The notes below the pieces were generated by a model. It searched no databases and had not been told where the DNA came from. It saw nothing but the letters and a program-made list of their open reading frames with translations. Position numbers and translations under genes: made by a program. A DNA stretch of 64,000 nucleotides, from positions 27,456 to 91,455 of the forward strand of contig JAKSMC010000005.1 of assembly GCA_024400835.1 (NCBI GenBank), written 5' to 3'. Positions 57,001 through 64,000 of this stretch are shown here, piece by piece. The number at the start of each line of letters is the position of its first letter. Within the stretch, counting starts at the first letter, position 1. The DNA is from Bacteroidales bacterium. GTDB taxonomy: Bacteria; Bacteroidota; Bacteroidia; Bacteroidales; WCHB1-69.

Positions 57001-60000
57001 CACATTCACTACTCCGTACAACTTCGCTTCTCCTGGTACTACCAATACTACATTCAACTACACAATCTACACGGATATGCCGGATGAAGCTGTCGTTTAT
57101 CGTGGCAATGATACTATCACCGGTAGTGTTGTTTCCAAGGGTACTGCTGGCTTGCAGGCATCTTATACTTACACTGGCGAATATTCCCATGACATGGAAA
57201 TTCTTCAAGTGAACGACCGCTTGCCTATGACGGGTACTACTGCCCAGATTACGAAATATCTCTTCTACAACGATGCCACAACAACTACACCGATCACTCT
57301 GACTCCTGCTACTGCTCAGTTCTATACCACTCCTGTTCTTTATGATTCCGTTACCTATTGGGTGGCTGCTATCACGAAGACTACGAACTGTACAACTAGA
57401 AGAGTTCCTATCTACATTAATGTCTTCAGTCCGCAATATGATTTGATCACGAACGGTCTTACCTCTCCTAATGACTATCAGTGCGGTCTTGCTACTTCTC
57501 CTCAAATCCAGGTTAATGTTGGCAATTTGAATCCGACCAGTTCCAATGTGATTCCGGCTGGCACTTTTGGATTGACTGCTGACTTTACAGGCTCAAGTCA
57601 TGTGACTGGCAACACTACGATCTCCACACCGATCAGTTCTATGCAGAACCAGAATGTGGCTATCACAATCAACAATATGAGTTCCACCACGCAGAATAGA
57701 ACATATCAGTACACTATCTATTCTGATCCTACCAATAGCAATATGCCAGTTTATCGTAACAACGATACGATTACAGGTGTGTTGCATGTTCCGGCAAATC
57801 CGACGGCTCCTCAGGCTCTGACTTTCACAGCTCCTTATGGTTTGCCTTATACGATTACGCCGAACAACAACACTTTGGATTATTACTATTTCTATGAGAA
57901 TGCTAATGGTGATGCCATCGGCCAAGGCACAAGCTATACGACCGAACCTATTTATGGTACTACAACGTATTACTATAGCGGTCGTATCGAAGATCCTGAT
58001 TTCGCTGCTACGGTTCAAGTCGGTACGGGTACAGTTAACAATGCTGCTCCGTTCAATACCGCACAAGGACATTCCTATGCTAAGATCCTGTATTCAGCAA
58101 GTGAAGTAGGACCTGCCGGTAGAATTGATACTATCAAGGTCAATGTCTTGGCTGCTAATACCAGTGGCGTTGGCATTCCTGTTAAGATCTGGTTGAAGAA
58201 CGGTGCGGATGCAGAATGCCTTACTGCCGCTTCTCTGAACTGGGCAAACGAGACCAATGGCGCTAAGTTGGTATTCGATGGCGAACTGAAGTTCGACCAA
58301 GTGGGTTGGGTCGCAATCCCTGTCCCTGGCGGTTTTGACTATACTGGTGCCGGCCTCTATATGTACACAGAACACAACTGCGGTGACAATACTCCTTGTA
58401 CAACAGGCCTGGGCGTTAACCCCGAACCTAAGTTCCAAAACTCTCAGTACACTGTTGCAAACCAAAAGAAGACTCTCCAAAAGGTCAATGCAACTGCAAT
58501 TACCAATGTCGCTTTCTCCTTGATCAACTTCCGTTGGAATACGCAATTCAAGTTCAACTATACTTGCGAGTCTCCGAAGAGCACGATTACGATCAACACC
58601 TCTATGCCGCAACATGATGTTGGTGTTGTCGATATTCTCAGACCTGTTCAAACAGCAACCAACCGTACTGCTACAGAACAAGTTCAAGTAACAATTAAGA
58701 ACTTCGGTTCCGCTGCTGCTTCCAACTTCCCTGTATCTTATCGTTTCAATAACGGCACTCCTGTTACTCAGAACTTCACGGGTACAATTGCTGCAGGTGC
58801 TACGGCTAACATGACTTTCACGCAGACCGTTGACCTCACAGACGTTTACTACTGCTTGCCGTTTGCTGCTTACACAGACATGTCTGGCGATTCCTTCCAT
58901 GGTAATGATACCTTGACTGTTGAACTTTGCAACGCTGATCCTTGTATTTCTCAGCCTACTGCTACATTGACTGACGGTGCTGATATCTCTAACGTCACCT
59001 TCGCTGGTATCAACAATGGTACGGGTACTCCGTATGTGAACTATCCGCTGCCTGCTGGTTGCAACGGTTTGTATACCGACTATACGAACTTGGCTCCGGC
59101 ACAAATCGTCAAGGGCCAGGTTTACCCGTTGTCCGTTACACACTCCTTTACAACAGCTACAGGTGCTACCGTTTATAAGAAAGTCTACATTGACTACAAC
59201 CGCGATGGTGACTTCTCTGACGCTGACGAATGTGTGTTCACATCTCCAGCTGTTCCGTATGCTGCTGGTGGCGCTAATGCAACAACCACGACTAATATTA
59301 CCATTCCGACAACTGCTACTCTGGGCTTGACTCGTATGCGTGTCATCTGTGCCGCTGGTGCTCTTAACAACAACAACTCTCCTTGTGGTATCTATAACTA
59401 CAGAGGTGAAACCGAAGACTATGCTGTTGAAATCATGCAACCTTACAACAGAGACCTTGGTATCTTGTCTTATGTACACCCAGTTGGCGATGTCTGCCCG
59501 GATACCAATGCTAAGATTCGTGTCCTCATTAAGAACTTCGGTACTGAGGCTCAATCATTCAATGCTACAAATGAGGCTGTCCTGACAACTGTAGTCACCG
59601 GACCGGTTCCTGGTACTTATACAACATCTTTGAGCTCCGGCACAATGATGTCTGGCGAATCTTATCAATGTGTGATGAATAATGTCAACTTCAGTATTCC
59701 TGGCTCATACAGATTGGTTACCACACTTACTTACAATGGTGATACGTATGCGATGAATGATACGATGTCAATTGTCGCCCAAGTCATGAATACGGCTATC
59801 GCTCCGATTCCTTATGGCCAGAATTTCGATGACAACAATAATGAAGATGCTAACTGGCTGCCTGCAGGTTGGTCCCTCGAAAATTCCAACAACAACTACA
59901 AGTGGAAAGTCTACTCCGGTTCCAGCCCTAACAGCGGTAGCGGCGCAGGCCCGACACATGACCACACTTATCCGAACTCTTCTATCGGACATTTTGCAGC

Positions 60001-61003
60001 TGTAGCTAACGCTAACGTCACTACTTATCGTACGCAATACACTGCTTTGACTTCCGGTTGTGTGAACTTGCATTACCACAATGGCTATCCTATCGAAGTC
60101 GCATTCTATCAGTACTTCCTCGGTGCTAACAATGCTGATTTCATTATGACGGTCGAAGCTGGTTCTGGTTCTTATTATGTTCCGGTTGATACTGTTACTA
60201 AGGCCGATGGCGGACAAACCTCTGTCAACTCAGATTGGTCTCGTCATGTTTCTGCATTCAATGATTATGACGAAGTCGGTCGAATCCGTTTCAAAGTCAC
60301 TGACCAACATTACAGAATCGATGCTTCTATCGATGACGTAAGCACTGAATACGGCTTGCCTGACTTGGCTGTTGAATCTATTGAATATCCTTACGACTTC
60401 AGAGATACTGTAGAACATCCTGATCCGTGTCTCGTTGTTGGTGATACGATTTATCCGAGAGTCGTACTCAGAAACAATGGCTATTCTCAACTGACAAGCT
60501 TTGACGTTATCGCCATTATGCAAGTCGGTATGTGGAAAGATACGATTGTTGAACATATCAATGAAATCATCCGCCCGAATTCTACGTTTGAGTACACCTT
60601 CACTCAAGGCTTCGAATTGTATGACATCGGTAATGTCCAATTCAGTATCTATTGTGATATTCCTTATGATAAGAATCACGACAACGATACCAAGCGTGTC
60701 ATTACTTGTACCAACAGCGGTATTGATGATTATGAAGTGGGTGGTGGCATGGTTCTCTATCAGAATATTCCTAACCCGGCTAACACCACAACGAAGATTC
60801 TCTACCTGCTTGCAGAACCTTCAAAGACTACGCTGAATATCTATTCGACTACGGGTCAGTTGGTCTACTCTGACAGCCAAGACGCTTATGATGGCAATAA
60901 CTACTATGAGGTGAATGTCGCTAACTTCGCTGATGGTATTTATTACTACAAAGTCACAAGTGCTACAGGTACGTTAACCAAGAAGATGGTTATCCAAAAA
61001 TAA
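51017..61003 (+). CDS. Giant (3328 aa) secreted multi-domain protein, T9SS cargo
   Basis: One uninterrupted ORF with signal peptide MKKLHLLFVALCLPFAIFAQ.
- Parallel beta-helix-like region at ~52.5-53.7 kb.
- At least 8 CARDB-like Ig modules (xD-hydrophobic ... N-x-G).
- MAM-like domains at ~54.3-54.8 kb and ~59.8-60.3 kb (GAGPTHDHT).
- GEVED-like motif RGETEDYAVEI at ~59.4 kb.
- T9SS CTD NIPNPANTTTKILY...DGIYYYKV...KKMVIQK. Confidence 0.9.
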   Translation: MKKLHLLFVALCLPFAIFAQQMDTVNVLFEDFDDPNATCHMSTSYVLGGMDGDWRRDATLYSSAPYSFHSPVYTVSQNSQLSSDAISLEGTSLSQVNRVYLYFDHICKVSQRDQSYLCYSLGYIDQSGNYQWATPQTISFTETSDFYYGDAVSVTGGKFSDNMYGTATTGTWNPNNMSAVPNNTWWRHEYFDISQFVLGKTITVLGVSHPVTHFRIIFRTNKSSTSTSGTEACAGWYVDNVKCVFSNCELVQPKIELQPTVYVNKNNSLLNNIGPYTIKAKITDNDTLNVNSLAFTYSINSGAPVTVPNNITSNTRPSGTHQLLAQWDLPSICYYDTIRYHIGINDVHGSTALPIDTPLIAWHNQTNIHQNDCHLDSLNTFPHCFITGVAEPVTVYFKNKSDAVNSLGGPYQTGLNVTLKVENENHQQTHSSSHDWTGSLCFDERDNLSLGTFTPTHGFNYITVYINTRNGQPDGFHGTGAVPTTWSDTIRVVGYACDSLLHGDYTVGGTNPDFASMNEVKAALSYCGVNGPTTFHLRPGTYQDFDFRTKYEGVSATNTITFQGDNANTVIVTNNHPDTNNNIYGAVTLIGVDNIYFKNLKIQGATNAVSRAVVLRGNGSRNIVFDGCNIVANSTNSTANTSFALGRATAAAATAGQPAVSDTVTIRNCRFTGGNYGIYYMGSTARRNQLTIQDNDITSCYKGIYTSYCNSLVKGNHIKQIAANTHMNFTGINVEQTTGIDIDGNTIDSTFDVEYGILLKTASVNDFYVRNNHVLVGNSNFGIDIESSNSSATDTGYIYNNEVILYPVTAAASYAVQIKSCNGLKLTNNSFYVKSDAPYSNTAALRIENNNNTFLNNNILLNYTNCSDNTNYPLYLNGTSSFKGTYNDLISASGVIAYKTVARNTIEELESAVNGTNNFTSHNISVLPPIADPTSSLLPTDFTGLECGKNMDVATDIRGTERTDLTYMGAYANQIAATDAAVVAMTNPASGTCPQGSYNITVSIANKGSQALNFASHNATVTVHSDTLNLTQTANINTGSIPVLGSISKVIANNIAIPVNQTIDFTFIIHTNGDANYLNDTLRTFFVLEAAVPDYEEDFSNGTKQTWTIMQTSTSGAGNWTFQEGTGVNPAIAPVYGTGRLFFNSKAFANNTESRAIMPVVDLANSVNPILEVWFAHDNTANKTAEGVTVKISTDGGTTFNAINPQGQNTSLLKRYLATATTPQWTLYTYDLSNYVSSGCVYIAFDAKSQQGNNINIDRIRLRNLCNNDVAVTNVYAQGETPAQYSLDGVVKAMVRNEGRQTQNNVKVYLNVTGSAEQYHDSLTVASLASGAETIVTFPLHHYNVTEVKNVEVRSRNDENNANNASNWRMVTTQNVVNYADTSAVALKTGDYTAVIRPCVRYRATDELVVSAVKYYYDQSYIANPSAGFRAFVANAAGNIVATSDLVNFNDLTQGDWNIIPINNFALSNMHDMYVGIEMLANGDYLCSQVETPLRDSTFYYLNNGLYEPQTFGRFMIGAVIDTPHVHDFAILDLQNPTTRCDLGHEQITVGITNNGSQDIPAGTVLKYSVNGASPVSETLTMAIPSHATTNYAFNTIYDFTNNQVNIDDNYNIKVWVVKDAQDRLQYNDTLNMTISSLGKSATPILAQDTVNVNYYTTGTLTATMPSSISEGVFGWFTNSGYEQWNLLTYGNTYTTPVTFFDTVYYVNANPGSIHDTIVGTGTLTGAQPFIFTNGYSRGRSIYDATEIGHNGMITQIGLYVNNAATGQDGIPIKLYMKQTDMSLLPTAAAAVDWASETASATLVYDGRIFFNHTGWFYIDLMTPFEYTDGNLIVMTETNCADYCTGTGSQCNNCGQYVSGSTGYPVFRQTQLAGGSQYKSGNTLASLESNYTAYNRRLNMSFRVVDLECGSEKVPIYVHVPDIPTYDVKTMSMDYPTYEAQGICALYDENIQVSVKNLLNVPIPANKVMVHAIINGTHLTQLITEPFASEELKTVTFTTPYNFASPGTTNTTFNYTIYTDMPDEAVVYRGNDTITGSVVSKGTAGLQASYTYTGEYSHDMEILQVNDRLPMTGTTAQITKYLFYNDATTTTPITLTPATAQFYTTPVLYDSVTYWVAAITKTTNCTTRRVPIYINVFSPQYDLITNGLTSPNDYQCGLATSPQIQVNVGNLNPTSSNVIPAGTFGLTADFTGSSHVTGNTTISTPISSMQNQNVAITINNMSSTTQNRTYQYTIYSDPTNSNMPVYRNNDTITGVLHVPANPTAPQALTFTAPYGLPYTITPNNNTLDYYYFYENANGDAIGQGTSYTTEPIYGTTTYYYSGRIEDPDFAATVQVGTGTVNNAAPFNTAQGHSYAKILYSASEVGPAGRIDTIKVNVLAANTSGVGIPVKIWLKNGADAECLTAASLNWANETNGAKLVFDGELKFDQVGWVAIPVPGGFDYTGAGLYMYTEHNCGDNTPCTTGLGVNPEPKFQNSQYTVANQKKTLQKVNATAITNVAFSLINFRWNTQFKFNYTCESPKSTITINTSMPQHDVGVVDILRPVQTATNRTATEQVQVTIKNFGSAAASNFPVSYRFNNGTPVTQNFTGTIAAGATANMTFTQTVDLTDVYYCLPFAAYTDMSGDSFHGNDTLTVELCNADPCISQPTATLTDGADISNVTFAGINNGTGTPYVNYPLPAGCNGLYTDYTNLAPAQIVKGQVYPLSVTHSFTTATGATVYKKVYIDYNRDGDFSDADECVFTSPAVPYAAGGANATTTTNITIPTTATLGLTRMRVICAAGALNNNNSPCGIYNYRGETEDYAVEIMQPYNRDLGILSYVHPVGDVCPDTNAKIRVLIKNFGTEAQSFNATNEAVLTTVVTGPVPGTYTTSLSSGTMMSGESYQCVMNNVNFSIPGSYRLVTTLTYNGDTYAMNDTMSIVAQVMNTAIAPIPYGQNFDDNNNEDANWLPAGWSLENSNNNYKWKVYSGSSPNSGSGAGPTHDHTYPNSSIGHFAAVANANVTTYRTQYTALTSGCVNLHYHNGYPIEVAFYQYFLGANNADFIMTVEAGSGSYYVPVDTVTKADGGQTSVNSDWSRHVSAFNDYDEVGRIRFKVTDQHYRIDASIDDVSTEYGLPDLAVESIEYPYDFRDTVEHPDPCLVVGDTIYPRVVLRNNGYSQLTSFDVIAIMQVGMWKDTIVEHINEIIRPNSTFEYTFTQGFELYDIGNVQFSIYCDIPYDKNHDNDTKRVITCTNSGIDDYEVGGGMVLYQNIPNPANTTTKILYLLAEPSKTTLNIYSTTGQLVYSDSQDAYDGNNYYEVNVANFADGIYYYKVTSATGTLTKKMVIQK
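56171..56536 (+). repeat. Internal paralogous module 1 (~122 aa) of the giant ORF
   Basis: VGTGTLTGAQPF...GIPIKLYMK...LVYDGRIFFNHTGWFYI...MTETNC is colinear with module 2. Confidence 0.8.
58019..58381 (+). repeat. Internal paralogous module 2 (~121 aa) of the giant ORF
   Basis: VGTGTVNNAAPF...GIPVKIWLK...LVFDGELKFDQVGWVAI...YTEHNC. Confidence 0.8.
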
Positions 61004-61024
61004 TCCGTCTTTTTAACATATCGC

Positions 61025-61059
61025 GAACTACCCGAGTAACATCGGGTAGTTCTTTTTTT
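61025..61059 (+). terminator. Intrinsic terminator after the giant ORF
   Basis: GAACTACCCGA-GTAACA-TCGGGTAGTTC followed by T7. Confidence 0.85.
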
Positions 61060-61139
61060 ATCAATACCGTGTTGGGTGAGCAGTGAATAGTGAACAGAAT
61101 AATCATTGGCACATTATTAAGTTTTAAGAGAAGTTAGAT

Positions 61140-62399
61140 ATGACAATCGAAATTCGGAAATCCTTGTTTGTGTTAGCAATACTATGCTGCACGATTAGTC
61201 TGAAGGCACAGCGCCCCGGTGCTTGTCAAGTGGATGAATATTTGTCTTTGCTTCAAGGTAAGCGCGTGGCTGTATGCGCCAACCAGACTTCCCTGGTTGA
61301 CCAAACGCATTTGGTCGATACGCTGCTCTCCTATAGAATCAATGTGAAGAAAATCTTTTGCCCTGAGCACGGCTTCCGCGGGAAGGCTGAGGCTGGCGCC
61401 CATATCGCTTCTTCTACGGATCCCCGAACAGGACTGCCCATCATTTCGCTTTATGGCAATAATAAGAAACCACTCCCTGAGCAGATGAAAGATTTGGATG
61501 TCGTTGTCTTCGACCTCCAAGATGTGGGCTGCCGTTTTTACACCTACATTTCCACTTTGCACTATGTGATGGAGGCCGCCGCCGAGAACCATGTGCAAGT
61601 GGTCGTTCTGGACCGTCCCAATCCCAATGGTTATTTTGTAGATGGCCCGGTGCTGGAACCCAAGTACCGTTCTTTCGTGGGTATGCATCCCGTGCCGGTT
61701 GTCTATGGCATGACGATAGGGGAGTATGCCCAGATGATCAATGGCGAAGGCTGGCTGGCCAATGGCGCTCAGTGCGACTTGACGGTTGTTCCTATCGCAT
61801 TCTACAATCATGACACGAGATATGCACTTCCTGTGGCTCCTTCTCCTAACCTGCCAACGGAAGAGTCCATCTACTTATATCCCTCGTTGTGCTTTTTTGA
61901 AGGCACGAACATCAGTATCGGTCGTGGCACATCCACACCGTTTGAAATCTATGGCTCTCCGTCATTCCAAGAAGGCGATTATACTTTTACTCCGAAACCC
62001 ATTCCGGGCGTTTCTGAAAATCCTCCTTGCAAAAACCAAACCTGTATAGGATTCCAATTGACGGAAATCGCCAAAGAGGGACTTCGTAAGGGCGACAATC
62101 AGTTGCAGTTGGATTACCTGTTGAATGCCTATCGTTTGTGTCCCAACAAGGAGAATTTTTTCACCAATGCTTCTTTCTTCGACAAGTTGGCAGGTACAGA
62201 CCAGCTGCGCAAGCAGATTGCCGCAGGCAAAACGGCTGAGGAAATTCGACAAAGCTGGAAGTCGGGGTTAGACTCCTTTATGCTGGTTAGAGAAAGATAT
62301 CTGCTCTATCCGGATTTTTCAAAATATGAGAATCAAATTGACGAAATGAAGGAAAAATTTGATTCAGAGGAGCACGGAAAGATTGATTCCAAGGAGTAA
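61140..62399 (+). CDS. DUF1343 domain protein (NamZ-like exo-muramidase family)
   Basis: Signal peptide present. LQGKRVAVCANQTS...IFCPEHGFRG is the typical DUF1343 N-terminal pattern. 419 aa. Confidence 0.75.
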   Translation: MTIEIRKSLFVLAILCCTISLKAQRPGACQVDEYLSLLQGKRVAVCANQTSLVDQTHLVDTLLSYRINVKKIFCPEHGFRGKAEAGAHIASSTDPRTGLPIISLYGNNKKPLPEQMKDLDVVVFDLQDVGCRFYTYISTLHYVMEAAAENHVQVVVLDRPNPNGYFVDGPVLEPKYRSFVGMHPVPVVYGMTIGEYAQMINGEGWLANGAQCDLTVVPIAFYNHDTRYALPVAPSPNLPTEESIYLYPSLCFFEGTNISIGRGTSTPFEIYGSPSFQEGDYTFTPKPIPGVSENPPCKNQTCIGFQLTEIAKEGLRKGDNQLQLDYLLNAYRLCPNKENFFTNASFFDKLAGTDQLRKQIAAGKTAEEIRQSWKSGLDSFMLVRERYLLYPDFSKYENQIDEMKEKFDSEEHGKIDSKE

Positions 62400-62452
62400 T
62401 GGACATTCTAAAACCGCTTCGAAATTCTCTGCATACACATCACTATTTTTTG

Positions 62453-62460
62453 TATCTTTG
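62453..62460 (+). promoter_or_regulatory. -7 box TATCTTTG for kamA
   Basis: TTTTGTATCTTTGCGCCCCT, 54 nt upstream of the ATG at 62514. Confidence 0.5.
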
Positions 62461-62513
62461 CGCCCCTAAAATAGAATTTCAAATTATCTATAAAAACAAT
62501 AAAACAATACAAT

Positions 62514-63752
62514 ATGCCTAGCAGAAGAAAAGAATTATTTCCCAATGTTACCGATGCAGAATGGAACGATTGGAGATGGCAGGTCCGCAATAGAGTAGAG
62601 ACCTTGGATGAATTGAAAAAATACATCAAACTTACGCCTGCAGAAGAAGAAGGCGTTGCAAAATCCTTGCAAACCCTCCGTATGGCTATCACTCCGTACT
62701 ACTTGAGTTTGATTGATCCTAACAATCCGAAATGCCCGGTTCGTCGTCAGGCTATCCCGACCGCAGCCGAAGTTCATCAATCCGCAGCTGACCTTTTGGA
62801 TCCGCTTCACGAAGATGAAGACTCCCCAGTTCCTGGTTTGACCCATCGTTATCCGGATAGAGTTCTCTTCCTCATCACCGATATGTGCTCTATGTACTGC
62901 CGTCACTGCACCCGCAGAAGATTTGCCGGCCAACACGACTGCGAATCCACACAGGATCGTATCCAAGCCGCTATCGACTACATCGCACGCACTCCGCAAG
63001 TACGCGACGTCCTCCTTTCCGGTGGCGACGCTTTGATGGTTGGCGACGAAATGCTCGAATCCATCATCCAAAGACTGAGAGCTATTCCTCACGTTGAAAT
63101 CATTCGTCTCGGTACCCGTACGCCGGTGGTTTGCCCGCAGCGTATCACACCCGAACTCTGCAATATGTTGAAGAAATATCATCCGATTTGGATCAATACC
63201 CACTTCAACCACTCCAATGAAGTTACTCCTGAGTCTGCTGCTGCTTGCGCAAGATTGGCCGACGCCGGTGTTCCATTGGGCAACCAAACCGTTTTGTTGC
63301 GCGGCGTAAACGATGATCCTAAGATCATGATGGACCTCGTTCACAACCTCGTCAAAATGCGTGTTCGTCCGTACTACATCTATCAATGCGACCTCTCTAT
63401 GGGTCTCGAACATTTCCGTACCCCAGTTTCCAAGGGTGTTGAAATTATGGAAAGCCTCCGCGGCCACACTTCCGGATTCTGCGTTCCTACTTTCGTGGTG
63501 GATGCTCCTGGCGGTGGCGGTAAGATCCCTGTGATGCCGCAGTATATGATTTCCCAAAGCCCGAATCGCGTGATTCTGCGCAACTACGAAGGCGTCATCA
63601 CCACTTACACCGAACCTACGGACTATGTGGAAAACACCTGCGACAATCATCCTGAAGAACACAAGACGGAAGGCGTTGCCGCACAATTGCACGGCGATTT
63701 CATGGCCATCGAACCTGCAGAATTGGATCGTAAAAAACGTCATAGAAAATAA
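62514..63752 (+). CDS. kamA: Lysine 2,3-aminomutase (KamA family radical SAM enzyme)
   Basis: The radical SAM motif is [12 protein letters not shown]. The N-terminal W-x-D-W-R-W-Q motif and the 412-aa length are typical of full-length KAM rather than the shorter EpmB. Confidence 0.85.
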   Translation: MPSRRKELFPNVTDAEWNDWRWQVRNRVETLDELKKYIKLTPAEEEGVAKSLQTLRMAITPYYLSLIDPNNPKCPVRRQAIPTAAEVHQSAADLLDPLHEDEDSPVPGLTHRYPDRVLFLITDMCSMYCRHCTRRRFAGQHDCESTQDRIQAAIDYIARTPQVRDVLLSGGDALMVGDEMLESIIQRLRAIPHVEIIRLGTRTPVVCPQRITPELCNMLKKYHPIWINTHFNHSNEVTPESAAACARLADAGVPLGNQTVLLRGVNDDPKIMMDLVHNLVKMRVRPYYIYQCDLSMGLEHFRTPVSKGVEIMESLRGHTSGFCVPTFVVDAPGGGGKIPVMPQYMISQSPNRVILRNYEGVITTYTEPTDYVENTCDNHPEEHKTEGVAAQLHGDFMAIEPAELDRKKRHRK

Positions 63753-63769
63753 ATTAACCCGTATATTTT

Positions 63770-63805
63770 GTAGAGACGTGGCACGCCGCGTCTCTACATT
63801 TTTTA
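63770..63805 (+). terminator. Intrinsic terminator after kamA
   Basis: A 16-bp stem GTAGAGACGTGG / CCGCGTCTCTAC (one G-U pair) with loop CACG, followed by a T-run. Confidence 0.85.
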
Positions 63806-63816
63806 TATAAAAAGGT

Positions 63817-64000
63817 ATGATAGCATTTGAAAACCAACGGAACTTTTTCCTGATTGCCGGCCCCTGTGTGGTGGAAGGCGAGGAAATTACTTTGCGCATT
63901 GCTCGCGAAATCAAGGCGATTTGTGAAGAATTGGATATCCCGTATCTTTTCAAAGCGTCATATAAAAAGGCAAACCGCTCTTCTTTGCACTCGTTCACCG
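63817..64000 (+). CDS. kdsA: 3-deoxy-8-phosphooctulonate synthase KdsA, first 61 codons (runs off the right edge)
   Basis: Own translation: [56 protein letters not shown]. The AGPC...E and FKASY-KANRSS motifs are typical of KdsA. Confidence 0.85.
   Translation, partial: MIAFENQRNFFLIAGPCVVEGEEITLRIAREIKAICEELDIPYLFKASYKKANRSSLHSFT

Noticed and set aside
58094-59554. 486-aa minus-strand ORF inside the giant gene (also 56717..57505 and 57593..58072)
   Set aside because: These are antisense to the uninterrupted 3328-codon frame. The translations are Ser/Arg/Cys/Val-rich with no recognisable motif.
62535-63998. 487-aa minus-strand ORF spanning kamA, its terminator and kdsA
   Set aside because: It crosses an intrinsic terminator and two well-supported plus-strand genes. 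Its composition is typical of a shadow ORF, and no stop occurs by chance only.

Overview
This is a chromosomal segment with the hallmarks of a Bacteroidota genome, probably Prevotella-like. That placement is an inference from four things: TAnnTTTG -7 promoter boxes upstream of most starts, near absence of Shine-Dalgarno sequences, three cargo proteins with T9SS C-terminal sorting domains, and a tmRNA tag GETSYAFAA. I call about 50 protein genes, one tRNA-Leu(CAG), one tmRNA and one candidate structured ncRNA.

Layout:
- 1-8 kb: an accessory defence island on the minus strand. Gene order is WYL regulator, type I HsdR, AAA+/PD-(D/E)xK ATPase (DUF4143/COG1373 type), PrrC-like AAA_13 ATPase, small 3-TM protein, ThsB-type TIR. 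No hsdM or hsdS is in view.
- 8.2-10.9 kb: a secreted non-specific nuclease gene. Its last 306 bp are duplicated around a 1.5-kb cassette carrying a second DUF4143 ATPase.
- 11-23 kb: housekeeping genes (MATE, EF-G paralog, AKR, SF1 helicase, mnmA, yqeY, lpxB, queG, KpsF-type isomerase).
- 23-26 kb: tRNA-Leu, then a T9SS cargo gene bracketed by CACGAAT palindromic repeat elements and a GC-rich ~194-nt hairpin.
- 26-33 kb: a GH3/GH28/GH106-like glycosidase cluster.
- 33-50 kb: core genes (rsmI, eno, aroQ, rny, zapA, efp, lpxD-like, dus) with tmRNA and a 6S-like structured RNA candidate between zapA and rny.
- 51-61 kb: one 3328-codon T9SS cargo ORF.
- 61-64 kb: DUF1343/NamZ-like, kamA, kdsA (partial).

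The most interesting items are the TM+TIR pair and the island around it, the apparently mobile promoter-carrying ATPase cassette, and several recurring intergenic motifs. All product calls rest on motif recognition by eye. No database search was run.
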